From contig NEEC01000002.1 in the NCBI GenBank assembly GCA_002189035.1, positions 1-64,000 of the forward strand: DNA of 64,000 nucleotides, read 5' to 3'. Origin of the DNA: Utricularia gibba. Lineage: Eukaryota > Plantae > Magnoliophyta. The translations under genes and the position numbers were made by a program. Shown here in pieces: positions 24,934 through 37,900 of the stretch. The notes below the pieces were generated by a model. The model was not told the DNA's origin. It saw only the letters and a list, made by a program, of their open reading frames with translations, and did not search any database. Within the stretch, counting starts at the first letter, position 1. Every line of letters begins with the position of its first letter.

Positions 24934-25973
24934 TGATACCGCCAATTTGCACTCCAACTCGCTGCTATGGACCAGAAGGGGTAGGGGCTAAGGTATGCAC
25001 TCCTGCAGATCTCAAATATTTGTGACTGGCGAAAATGGTCTGAGAAGGAAGTCGTTATTACACACATGCCATTGATGACCAAACATGAAAAAGAGAGTAA
25101 AAACGATGGAAGGTTCGAAACCTCACCCGTTATTTTTGACGCAGTGCTGCGTGGTTTAGGTTGCTTCATTGGTGTAGCCGGCGGCGGCGCAAAAGTCTAA
25201 AAAAAAAAAAATGCCGCTGATGCGTTTCTCTAGTTGGGGCGCAATTTTGAGAAATGCTATCACCTAATGTTTTTCTTTTTTTTTTGGGTGGTTTGGTGTT
25301 AGAAGAAGATCCGGGCATTGATGGCGGGAGGTTAAATAAGTGATTTACTCGCTGTCTCGTCCCACGTTTTGACTGTAGCTATAGTCTCCCAAAGCATTTT
25401 CCACAGTCAAACTCACCTTCGATTAATTCTCTTCAGGTCAAGCTTTCGCCCTTGTCCCTCTATACACGCGGATTTCTTTCTCGGTTTTCCACAGCGTCCT
25501 TCTTGCTCTTAAAGGTGAATTACTGTTATCATCCTAAATCACATTAGATCTTCTGGTTCTTTTTTGCTTCGCGTTTTCCGTGGATTTCCTCCTCTTAACG
25601 GTAAATTCAAATGAATTTTGTTTTCGCTCGCAATTAGGGATGTCGGATTTTTTGTTGATGTCACTTTTGAAGATTCTCCTTCCCGAGTCATCCATGATGC
25701 CGTATACCGTCGAATCTGTTGGGAGTTACAATGATTGAAACACTTGAAAGATTTTTGTTTGACTGACCATGTTATGAATGCAGTAGCGTTACTTCTGTAA
25801 CTCTTCGAATTATTCAAGTGCCTTCAATGTTTGTCAAATTTCCCATATAAAGAAGCGCCTTCTGGATAAATGTATTTCTTTTTCAAGAAAATATTATGAA
25901 TCGTGGGGGATCATCTTCTGACAGTTTTTTTTTTTCATTTATGCTGCGGATGTTTTTAATCCAGCAGCAAATC

Positions 25974-27651
25974 ATGAGTTGCTTCGGCTGTTGTGATGAT
26001 GGTGACACACATAGGGCTCCTGGTAATCTATCCTATCAGACAAACTATTCTGCTGGTGAGCTATGCATATTTCTTGTCAGGTTTCTTTTCTTGTTAGGAT
26101 GTTTTTGTCTTCGTTAAGCTGAGCAGAGTGTGTATATAGGCAACCCTGCAGGTTATCGAGCCAAGGAGACGGTCCATGAGGATATGCAAGCTATTAACTT
26201 ACAGCCTATTGATGTTCCAGCGCTTTCAGTGGAGGAACTTAAGGATATAACAGATAATTTTGGCCAAGGTTCTTTGATTGGTGAGGGGTCCTATGGGAGG
26301 GTCTATCGTGGTACATTGAAAAGTGGACAGGATGCAGCAATAAAGAAGTTGGATTCTAGCAAGCAGCCAGATCAAGAATTTTTAACACAAGTTTGTCCGC
26401 GCCATTGCCTAAAAATCCTCTGATGATTGAATATTTCAAACCTACTTTGATGATTTTTCCTGACACCGTCTTTCAGGTATCTATGATGTCCCGGATAAGG
26501 TGTGAAAATGTAGTTCAGCTTCTTGGCTATTGTATTGACAGTGGTCTTCGAGTTTTGGCTTATGAGTTTGCTCCAAGAGGGTCTCTGCATGACATGCTGC
26601 ATGGTGGGTCTTTCTCTCTAGTTGGACCTCGGAAATGCTTTCCGTCCTAAATCTTTTTTGGGGAAGAAAATCAGAGTCAAATGTGTAGGCATGCCGGGGG
26701 ATATTGTATGCATAGATTGGTAATCTTTTTTGGGAATGCACAGGACGGAAAGGTGATAAAACCGCAACGCCAGGTCCTGCTTTATCATGGTCCCAAAGAG
26801 TTAAAATTGCTATTGGAGCTGCTAAAGGGCTGGAGTACTTGCATGAAAAGGCACAGCCCCCTAGAATTCATCGTGGCATCAAGTCAAGCAACATCTTACT
26901 TTTCGATGAGGATGTTGCTAAGATTGCAGATTTTGATCTGTCAAACCAAGCCCCCGACATGGCAGCACGACTTCATTCAACTCGTGTTCTTGGGACTTTT
27001 GGCTACCATGCCCCAGAGTATGCTATCCAATATTTTTTTTCATGGCTCTTATCTTTTAGGATAAGCAGTGAAATGTCATGCAGATAAGGTTCTCTTTTTT
27101 CTCTATAAATTGTTTGATTCTTCATTTTGGTCGCAGGTATGCAATGACAGGCCAACTAAGCTTAAAGAGTGATGTCTACAGCTTTGGCGTTGTGCTGCTA
27201 GAACTCTTGACCGGCCGTAAGCCAGTGGATCATACACTGCCGAGGGGACAGCAGAGCCTTGTAACATGGGTAAATAAATCAACCACTTTTGCAAAACGTT
27301 TTCTCTATTTCTTTCTAGCCAACGTTCTGAACAAAAGAGAGCAATTATTAGGCAACCCCTAAGCTGAGTGAGGACAAGGTAAAGCAGTGCGTGGATGCTA
27401 GACTCAATGGAAATTACCCTCCCAAGGCAGTTGCGAAGGCAAGCAGAATTTATTTTCGTTTCATATCGGAATAAGAATTAGGTATTTTTGACTGCGCATT
27501 ATGCATATTCTGAATTGGTTGAGACATAAAACAGATGGCTGCAGTTGCTGCTTTGTGTGTGCAATATGAGGCTGATTTTCGCCCCAACATCAGCATTATA
27601 GTGAATACACTGCAGCCTCTACTGAATACTCGGACCACCCCGCCCAGCTAA
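25974..27651 (+). CDS. PTI1/CARK-like receptor-like cytoplasmic kinase (RLCK-VIII) with the catalytic Asp replaced (HRG)
   Basis: MSCFGCC N-terminus, [55 protein letters not shown]; seven exons in frame; intron 27439-27534 is GC-AG. Confidence 0.92.
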
Positions 27652-28109
27652 ACGGCATTCCTACTTAAATGTAATGAACATGGGTGAAAGCAGAAGGCTG
27701 GCTCTTCAGGATATTCCGTGCGGTGTGATTTGTGTTCCTGCATATCTTTATTTACCCGTGGTGTTCGAAATTGAGCGCTCGTTCTTTAATGGACCATGGG
27801 GGACCAGGTGGAGTTGCCATATTTCATGTCTGTAAGGCATAGTGCCCTCTACATCATATCTCTTTCATTGAGCGATAAAAGATGTGAACCCCCACGAAAA
27901 CGCTTCATATTCATCAAATTTTATGTGCTCACTGCACTGAAGCCAACCCAACCACAGAATCAGTTGCGCCCATATTTATGGTTAAAAAACACAGTTGTGT
28001 CAGTCTCATGATGTTTCTACGTTCGGCTGTAGCCTGGCTGAGACTGAACAATGATTGAGCGAACTTCTTTGAGAACAAACGTTCACTATGGATATAGTGA
28101 AGCAGTCTT

Positions 28110-29862
28110 TCAATACAGTAACCTCCTTGTCGTCTGAGTAGGAGTCAATCCAGGGATACCCCAATATTTCGAGTATTAGGATTCCCTATCTATCATAACA
28201 TGTAATAATAAGAGAAGAAGAAAAAAAGTCACAGACCATGCAAGTAAAAAATTAAAACTTTGAAGATCATATTGATTTAGGGAAAATGGAAAGATGTAAA
28301 ATTTGGGATTCCAAAGTCGTACAGTCAAATAAAGTTGGGATCCACGAAAACTAAACTGGATCCAAAAGCCACAGAAGAAATATGACAACGTGTAGCTGAA
28401 TGCTATAAAAACGTCAGCATAAGAGACTGAGTGATTCACAATGGCTATTCGAGATTCTAATTTTGCTTTCAAACTATGAAGACATTCGCAAGCTTCCAGG
28501 AGTACTTTTATTTTTGCCCCGGTAGGACACGGTCTCATATGGTTTTTGGCAACTGACGTACCTGCCTATAGATTTCCCTCACAAGCTGATGCCTTTTTAA
28601 GGGAAAACAGCATAGTGTCCAAGTCATTCACGATACAACGCATTCGCTCTGTCTACAGTGAATTGGAATAAATAAAACACCAATTAGTAGAAATGGAATA
28701 TCAGAAGACACTACGGTGAAGCTAGCACACATCAAGATGGTTTGTGACTCCATTCCAATGGTCAACTATCCAATCATTCAAGTATGTCTAGTAGGGGAAC
28801 CCGGTTATAATATATAAAAAAAAAGAAAATTTACAGGATATAACCTGATGCCACCTTAACATTCTCATCAGCAATTGGCTCTGAAGCACCATTAACCACA
28901 TCAAACATTTCAACCCTTTTATTTCCAAGCGTGCTTATATAGCTTCACCACCAAATGAGAGAACATGCAACTACGTGAAAAGAGAAAACAAACCAAGAAG
29001 CAAAAATAAATAAAAAATAAAGATGAGAAGGATGTAGTTAGAGTAAAGAATTATCCGCATTCTAATTTAGAGTTATTCATCCAATAAATCAGCGACATCA
29101 GAAAACACAAAGATAGGGAAAATGAAATCATTTGTGTTTCATTATATGCATTCTCCTTGCTAACAAAAGAAATGGAGAAACAAACTTACGTTTTCCTTAA
29201 GCTAACATACGAATTCAACTCTTTGATCTGCACAAGAGAACTGCATCATGACGACGTAGAAGATAAAACAAGGTGCTGGTTAAGATGCATCTCCTACCCT
29301 TCGAGAGTTATGCCACAAAGAAATTAATCATATAATATTGACACAACTAAATATATCAAAACTCCAACAAGTCAATAGAAGGTTGCAACCCTAAGTCAAT
29401 TCATTGAACATTGTCCATTACCAGTGCTCTTAGGCGAAGGGGGTTTAACCAGCAAAACATATTTTCATACTCCAGAAACACTCCAAGCCCTTACTTCTTG
29501 GTAGGCTATGTTAATAATGCAGAATTATGAGAACTGCAGATATAATTGTTTTCTTTGAGAAACTCAAAAAGGAATAAGAAAGACGAGTTCATCGAGACAT
29601 TTCATCATAATAAAGGGACAAACCAATGTATGCACACACTAGATGAATCATTAATGAAAATTAAAATTTTTTGAACAAAATCTATTATCTTCTGGATCTC
29701 TGAGGAGCGCCGTTTCTTGATACACGCAACTACTTGAAAAAGCAATATTACAAGTTTTCAAGTTTTCCATAGAATCTTTTTCCTCATTTAGCAGCTTGTT
29801 AACCTCCGGAGGGTACCTAGTCTCCCTAGTCCCTAATTTCAGAATCGGAATCCTTGGTCAAT
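28110..29862 (-). pseudogene. NPSN (novel plant SNARE, NPSN13-like) pseudogene
   Basis: Remnant exons: PPEVNKLLNEEKDSM, IKELNSYVSLRKT, YISTLGNKRVEMFD...EPIADENVKVAS, TERMRCIVNDLDTMLFSLKKAS/QLVREIYRQ, IPGLTP...RRLLY. In-frame TAG at 29828-29826, several frameshifts, and a GA instead of GT donor at 29767. The first coding exons are not recognisable. Confidence 0.85.
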
Positions 29863-30876
29863 CTGCAAACTTTGACATCAGAATCCATCAAAGGTATCTA
29901 AATTACGAAAAAAAGAATAGGCTTTAGAAAATGGCATCTAAAGGAAGGAGTTAATCCTAAAAGAAACAAGCATATCATCAGTACCAACACCAAATCTGAG
30001 TCATGATTTCCCAGCACCGAGTCAGTGTAGAATCAAAAGGAAGAGGAATTCAGTAGAAGCGATAAGAGAGATCCACCAGTGAGACGTAATGCAAAACTAA
30101 ATCAGCTCGTTAAGAAATGTAAATCCTCACTTTAAGATGAAACAGAAACGGATGAACAATAGCGATAAAGAATTCCAATTAGCTAATCCACAGAAAAAGC
30201 ATAGGGAAGTATGTTGAAAAGTCATAGCAACCTCCCAGCCGGGCATCCCGTAGGTCGTCGCTTCTCCTTCCATATATAAGGATTGAGAAGAAAGCGGCGC
30301 CGGCAGAAGAAAAGATGTCGCTCACAGAACGGCGCATGAAAGAATTTGATGCAGTTGCCCCTCGCCAAAGACATAAGAAACAAACAACAGGATCCAACCA
30401 AGCGACAGCCCCTGTGAAGAAGAGGAATGCCGGAAAATGAGATCAGATATATCGAGGGAAAGCGAAGGCTGAGATTTGGAATTTGGCGGTCGGAGATACG
30501 AGGGAGGGAGGCAGGGAAGTGTCCGCGGACAGTACAATTTAATTATATTTTATTAAAGTGATTCTCGAAGAGTCGAAATTTTTCGTTGAAGTCGTGTTCA
30601 AAGTGTGCATTTAATAAGAATGCGCGACGTTTATTGGGATGCGTGGGCCCCTTCGTCTAGTCTAGTTTTTTTTCTTTTTCTTTTTTTGAATAATTTTGTT
30701 TGCCATAATGAGGAGGTTCGCCTGGTTCTGGTCTGGTGGCGAGAAGCTAGTTAGAGAGGCACGCCCGCCCGATGACATAGCGTCGCCGCCAGTTGCAGCG
30801 TTGCTAAAAATTCTCTCTGGGTCTTGAGTTGACTTACTACGCTGCGATTGCTTCACGTTGCCTTACCTGAACGTCA

Positions 30877-32352
30877 ATGGCGGCTGCAAAGAGGAGCGCT
30901 ATGTTGGGGCTTATGGAGGAAATCCACAAATGGGGCGCCATGAAGCCGAACGGCGTGACCCTTCGCTCTATGTTAGAATTCGGTGGCTCACCGCATCTCC
31001 TCCACTCCTCACACTTCCTTCACCATGAGCTGCCGATAAGGATCGCTCGCCGTGTTATCGAACTCGACTCCCTTCCTTACGGCTTGGATCGTAAATCCCC
31101 CGTCCTAAGGGTCGTACTCTCTCCTCTCTTTCGCTTTTCATTCATCCTAGTGAATGACTGGAGAATACTCTTGTGTTTCTAGGTGAAGGACTGGTACTTG
31201 GAATCTTTCCGTGACCTTAGATCCTTTCCTCTTGTTAAAGATGACGCTGACGAGCTGGAGTTCACACAGATGATTAAGCGCCTTAAAGTTAGAAGCAACA
31301 ACGTCGTACCCATGATGGCTCTGGGAGTACACCAGTTGAAGAAGGATCTGAATTGTATGCATGTCTATGAGGAATTGGGTGAAATTCACGAGTTTTTAGA
31401 TCGATTTTGTATATCTAGGATTGGGATTTGCATGCTCATTGGTAAGTGATCAAGTCCCCCTATCTCTCTCAACTTCATTAATATGCCGCTTTAATCTGTA
31501 TGTGTGTTGATTCACGGGAGCTCAGGGCAGCATCTGGCCTTGCACGATCCAAATCCGCCTCCTGATTCTGTAGGCTGTATTCATACAAAGATGTCACCTG
31601 TAGAGGTTGCAAAATGTGCTGCCGAAGATGCCCGTGCTATTTGCTTCCGTCACTATGGCACTTCACCCGACATTAGTATACACGGCAATCCTGGGTTCAC
31701 ATTTCCGTAAGTGACAATTTTGTTTTTCTTAGACAACAATCCCTTGTACCTCCGTGGCACACGCATTCTTTAATGGTCGCAGTTATGTATCTTCACACTT
31801 GCATTTGATGGTCTATGAATTGGTAAAGAATTCGCTGCGAGCTGTTCAAGAGAAATTCATGGACTCTGAAAAGGTTCCTCCTCCTGTCAACATAGTAGTA
31901 GCAGATGGACTGGAGGATGTCACCATAAAGGCTGGTTTTCGCTTTTCAAGCAGCTTCTGTTTTACACGTCTGTGTGATGGCATCTAATTACAAACCCTCC
32001 ATCTTTCATAGATATCTGATGAAGGCGGTGGCATACCTAGAAGCGGCCTTCCTAGACTCTTCACTTACCTCTACACTACAGCAAACAGCCCCCTGCATGA
32101 GCAGTCTGAATGTGATGTTGGAACATCACCAATCATGGCTGGATATGGGTTTGGCCTCCCTACAATACGCTTGTACGCAAGATATTTCGGTGGAGATCTG
32201 CAGATTATATCCATGGAAGGATACGGTAAATTCTTAGCCTATTGATAAATGGGCTCTGCATTTCGACAAGCGCTCATGTTTCTCCTGTTACAGGTACAGA
32301 TGCGTACCTTCACTTGTCCCGGCTGGGAGATGCACAGGAGCCACTTCCTTGA
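30877..32352 (+). CDS. PDK: Mitochondrial pyruvate dehydrogenase kinase (divergent)
   Basis: [23 protein letters not shown] (N box), [12 protein letters not shown] (G1), MAGYGFGLP (G2), [19 protein letters not shown]; six exons, with intron 31931-32011 requiring a GC donor. Confidence 0.92.
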
Positions 32353-32698
32353 TAACTAATGCTACTGAAAAACTAGCAAATCAAGGAAAAAAAACCTTCA
32401 TTTTCGTCCTACGCCAGAAGAAATATACTGCAGAATTACACTGCAAGGAATGTATTGTATAGATAAACTTATTCAGATCAACAGTGCATATAAAAACCCA
32501 ACTTCACATGGCTCGAAAACAAACAAGTGATCTAATTTTTACCATTAAGGCAGCTTTGAAGTGCTAGCAAAACCGAATGGATGACCAGTAAAATTACAAA
32601 AAGCATGCGAAGCACAGATCCTACGAAGATACGAGTGCAGCTGGTTCATTTCAAATCTTATATGGTGTCACGATGTAAAAGCTGAAGGTCCAGCAACT

Positions 32699-34009
32699 TC
32701 AGCGACTTCTCTTTTTTCCACGTTTCATTGGCTTTTTTACCTTCCACTTAGCCACCCCAGCAGGACGGTTCTTTTCTTCGATCTCTTGAACCTTGCGCTT
32801 CCTGCATATAGAAAACATGCAATGCTCAGCCACCATACCAATCATTGCTGAGTGTCATCATTGCTTAGACTGAACAGAAACTTTGAGACATTCTTTCCAC
32901 CTTACATACCTATATTCATAAAGCATACGATCAGAAAGCAGCTCATCGGCAAGTGTAGTTCTCCTCTCCTTCTTAGTAAGTCGGGCAGAGTAGAAGTCTG
33001 CTGCAGACTCTATGACAGTACCCACCTGAAAAATATCAAACTTGAAGGTTATTTTCTAAGAACATAAAACTAGAAAATTGTGGGTTAGTTTTTACCTGGA
33101 AATACTTCGGAAGCGCCTTCGACTTAGAATCTCCCTTCTTATAATGTCGTTTTGGATCTATGACGCTTCTCAACTGTAAAATGTATCAAGAAGACTTAGA
33201 ATTAACAGCCACAATAAATTAAATAAGCTGAGCTAACAAGCTTCACCATAACAAGAAATGCCAATACTCATTAAAAGGCCTTTCAAATATCAGACTGCCA
33301 TTTCAAGAACACCCACACGCATGAATGGCTAAAGGAAATGTCATCATCAAAATCATTGGACAGTGTTCAAATGTGCAAACCTTAATGACTCAGAAGTACT
33401 AAAATAATATATTCAAATATGTTTATCATCGGTTCGCGAACTTCCATGCATTAAACAAAAACAAAACTGAGTTTCCGTTGGTGCACAGAGAAAAGAAAAC
33501 TCTTTCAATGCAACGAAAGTTGTCACAAGAAGCACCAATGAACCATATTCATCCCTATTGAAAAAAACGGCCAGGTAACTGTTGCAACATAGAAATTTTC
33601 AATCTCTTAGCACGCGTATCAAGAGGACCTTCAAGAGCTCGAGATCTTTTTTCAGTTCGGGTGTGATCGTTTGGGCAGGCATATCAAACCTACAGCAAGA
33701 AAGCGTACTTTCAGGCTTTTAGCCGATCAAACCAATACTCAACACGCAAACAAAAACCAATACCCTGAACCCTAAAAAAGATTACCAATTCTTGCCGGAA
33801 GTGTCTTTGACTTGTTTCTTCATATATTTGTTCAGTTTCTTGGGTTCATTGGGGGGTAGAAACAGGCCTTCGACGAGCTCTGTACTAGGTCTATAAAGCA
33901 AAGAGTTTTCCCCTTTGCCAGCGGCACGATGGTTCTCCTTGGTGGGAGGAAAAAGGTCCAATTTCGGTTTCCAGAAAAGAAGCGTATTATCCTCCTTGCT
34001 CTCCGGCAT
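32699..34009 (-). CDS. Fcf2 pre-rRNA processing protein
   Basis: Five exons: ...KDTSGKNW|FDMPAQTITPELKKDLELLK|LRSVIDPKRHYKK...LPKYFQ|VGTVIESAADFYSARLTKKERRTTLADELL...|RKRKVQEIEEKN. The C-terminal end is slightly uncertain. Confidence 0.88.
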
Positions 34010-34793
34010 CGTTTGTAAACCAGAATTCTACCCAATTCCTGAATCCCGATGCCCCTATGACGACGAACGGAGAGTGGTGTCGGCTGTGCTCCGGCCCAGA
34101 ACTGGGGGTTCCGTGGATATATAGAAGCACATGGATATATAAATGTAATTGATAAAGGGTGAAATAGTAAATACCCCCAAAAGATTTTCTGTATACAGAT
34201 TACAGAATTGTGCCCTCAAATGCTGAAAAATTATAAAATGCCTATAAATTTTACGAAAATGTGCAAGTGGCCCATAGTGGGGTCCGTTCAGCAGCAATGC
34301 ATGATGGCCAAGGATTGCACCATACACTTGTGTCAATTTATACCCTTTCTTGGAATTAATTCTCTGTCGTAAAAGAAAACCTCATTTGAATAATAAAACT
34401 ACACCCATTTTATAAAATCTTCAACCCAGTCTTTTTACGTGTGACGAGCTATGTTAAACAAAATAGAGTCAGTGGTTAGTAATAATAATGATTATGTTGA
34501 CACATATTTTATTTAGGGACATCGTTCTTCTGGGGCGTGGTGCGAGATTGGCTACTCATGCCCCAAAACGTGACTGGACTCGACTGCCCTCGAGTTATTC
34601 TATTGCTCTTCATTTCCCTCTTTTTTTGGGGTATACGGCAGAGACTTACACCTCGGTGGGGCGCACATACGAAGTCTCTCTATTACCACCACCACCGCCC
34701 ACAACCCAAAACGCTGCTTCCATTCTCCAAAGTTGTACATACCGGAGGGGGGGGTTTGCTGCTTCTCCATAATCGGCGGTCGGCTTGTCTTCT

Positions 34794-34801
34794 AAACCCT
34801 A
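34794..34801 (+). promoter_or_regulatory. Telo-box (AAACCCTA) in the Fcf2/HUA2 divergent intergenic region
   Basis: Exact AAACCCTA 146 bp upstream of the HUA2 ATG. Confidence 0.4.
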
Positions 34802-34946
34802 GGGAAACTCCCGACGGGAAAATTAACTACAGCTGCCTATTGAGGGGGCGGGGCCTATCGTTTTTCCGTAGGGTTCTGATATCCGCACCATTGGGGATTT
34901 TATTTTTTCAGGGTCATAGGATTAAGGGGGTTAGGAATCTTGTAAC

Positions 34947-37900
34947 ATGGCTCCAGGCCGGAGGCGTGGAGCGAGGGGGTCTGGAACGAAGAGGGAATTA
35001 AGTTTGGGGATCTTGTGCTCGCCAAAGTCAAGGGTTTTCCTGCTTGGCCGGCAAGGGTATCTTTTTAGTTGCTTAAATTCAATTGTTTCAGTTTCCGTTT
35101 GTAATCGGCATTCTTTCAACCGATTTTTTCATGCGGACAATCTGTTCGTCTCATATTTTTTCATCTAGATGACCTGCAATTTTCGGAACATCATTCAGTT
35201 TCTCGTTTGGTTGTAGTTCTGAGAATCATTCAGTTTTATTTTATATTGTTTAAATCTGTGTGTGCCTTGATTATGTTATGTTCTGCTCAGTGCTATTGAA
35301 TTATGGGTCTAGAATCATTTTCATCTCTGTCTCCTGAGTATTGAGAGTGATAATCTTTCATGCATTGTGAAGTTAATATATAACCGTATACGTTTTTCCA
35401 TGGATGAAAGCTGAATTTTGTGGTTTTCTCTCCTGGGTTATCTTCGTTGCATATCTGATATCTCAAGTTATCTGATTGACCCAATGATCACCTCCTGTTG
35501 CATAATACCGTGAATAATTATTTTTCTCTAGATTAGTAGACCTGAAGACTGGGAGAAAACCCCCGATCCTAAAAAGCACTTTGTGTATTTCTTCGGAACA
35601 CAAGAAATGTAAGCAGTTCCACCCTTTCTATTCCACATAGGCTATCATTCCTGTCCCTGTTACACATTGTTTGACATGCTATGTCTTGCCTAAAAAGAAA
35701 AAAAATCTATATCCTACTTTGGGTTTACTCATTATATTTCTTTTGGTACTAGAATACTTGTATCCGTACAAGAACGATTAGATTGTTATAGATTTTGTTC
35801 TTATTTTCTTTTTTTCTCCAGAGGTTTTGTGGCCCCGGCAGACATTCAGGAATTCACCCATGAAGTTAAAAATAAGTTGTGTGATCGAGGCAAGGTTAAA
35901 ACTGCAAAATACTTTGACCAAGCGTTAAGGCAAATATGCGAGGAATTTGAGAAATTGCATCCTCCAAATTTGAGAAACGGGAGAAATTCTGGTTCTTCAC
36001 AGATTCCTGCGTCAGATGCAGATTCTGTTGATCAAGCAATGAATAAGGATAATGTAGTCGTTGAACAGAATGGAGGTGATGTTCAAGGACTAAACCTAGT
36101 TGAAGAAGTATCACAATCTATGGATCTGGCTTCTGCATTGGAAAATTCCTCCCAAAATCAATGTGTGGAGACAGAAGATTCTGATAAGAATGTGGATGGA
36201 TCTCCTGTTGATGCAGTAGGTGAAAAGAAGAATGGCCAGAAGTCTGTGATGGCCAAAAATAAAAAAGGGAAAACCAAAGGGGAAAAGAGCCGAAATATGA
36301 GTCCCACTGCTTCTGGGAAAATTTTGCGAAAAAAGGCTTCTCCTGCAAAATCTTATGCAAATGCTAGTAATGATAAAACTGAAGATAAGTTGGTGGCTGG
36401 TGATATTCGAGGGACTGCCAGTGAGGAGTATAAGGTCATGACGAGGAGGAAGATGAACTCAAAGGTTCCCAAATCAGATGATATAAAGGATCAAGTCCGC
36501 ATGAGCAGGGCTACAAATGCCGTTGATGAGAAAATGGCTAGCACAGATTCTAAAACCTCAATTTCTGTGAAACTCCATTTGTCGTCTGTGGAGACAAGTG
36601 CCTATGATTCGAAGGGTTCTATTAATGAAGGTAATCTCCCACCTGCGAAACGCCATCATCATGTAATGGAGGCAGCACCGAGTGCTGTTGAGAGTTCTGG
36701 TATGAAATCTGTGACATCAGCAGTGCCTAAAGTTAACCTAATGCATCCTGAGAAGGTTCAATCTCCAGTTTTTCAGTTGCCAAAAAAACGTAGGGCAGTA
36801 CGTTTGTGTGACACAGATGATGATGAATTACCTAAAACCCCAGTTCATGGAGGTTCAACAGGCAAAAGTATGTCTCAGGCATCAGATCCAAAACACAAAA
36901 AAGTTAGGCACCTTGAAAATTCTTCTCATCCTCATGTGGTCTCTAGAAAATCAGAAACTATTTCCTTTGGGGCAAGAGAACAGACCCGGTCTCGTGATGT
37001 TTTTAATCACCGATTATCCCCAGCTGGTCAGCGTGCTGCTGAGAAAAAGAGTAAAGAGTCATCAGTTTCAGTGATGCAGTTAGAAAAAAAAACCCCTGTA
37101 GATGCCAAAGAAGTTGTTTCTTCCAAGTTGTCTTCCCCTCAGTCCCTTGGAGTAACAATGCAATGTGAGGAACAGAAGATAAAAAGTTCTGATATGCCAC
37201 TTGATAATATTTCTCAAAAGGGGACTCCTGGAAAAGATGACAGTGGGCATGCAAAGAGCCAAGTACCAGCTTCGATTGATAACCAGTCTCACATTAAAAA
37301 GGATAGGCCATCTTATTTGAGTGATCCCATAATCTCATTAGGTGAAAGGTAACCTGCACAAATTTATCAGGATGGAATGATGATTTGAATTTATCTATGA
37401 TACCGTTTCTGACATTAGATCTTGTCCTTTCTCAGGTTTGGAGATCCCAAAGATGTCAAAACAAGGTATATGACTGGTTCACAAATATCAGACTCTGTCA
37501 TGTCCATGAAGCATTTAATTGCTGCAGCTCAGGAAAGAAAGAGACAAGCACGCACCCTGAACTCTTATGGATACCCATTTCTGTTATTCCCTGATCCTGA
37601 GATGGCCAGAAATAGCCCTAGCTCTTCACCTGCAATCCAAGCAACCGAGCCTGGGTGTATATCACAGCATAACATTCAAGGGCCCATTCCAGCATTTCCA
37701 GAATGTGATGTGCAGCAGTACTCATCCACTGATCAAAATGTTAATGAAGAGCTTGATGACAAGAGAATCAACTCAGGGAACCATGGTACGGGAAGTACTC
37801 TAAGTGGTGATACCGAGGCTTCAGTTGCGCGTGATGCTTTTGAAGGTATGATTGAGACTCTCTCAAGGACCAAGGAAAGTATTGGGCGTGCAACTCGTCA

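Noticed and set aside
24272-24991. 239-aa + strand ORF
   Set aside because: Antisense shadow of the PPR2-like gene; no domain features.
33763-33776. CCCTGAACCCTAAA considered as a telomerase RNA template or interstitial telomere
   Set aside because: Two units inside Fcf2 intron 1, with no USE/TATA Pol III-type promoter nearby; at most a telo-box.
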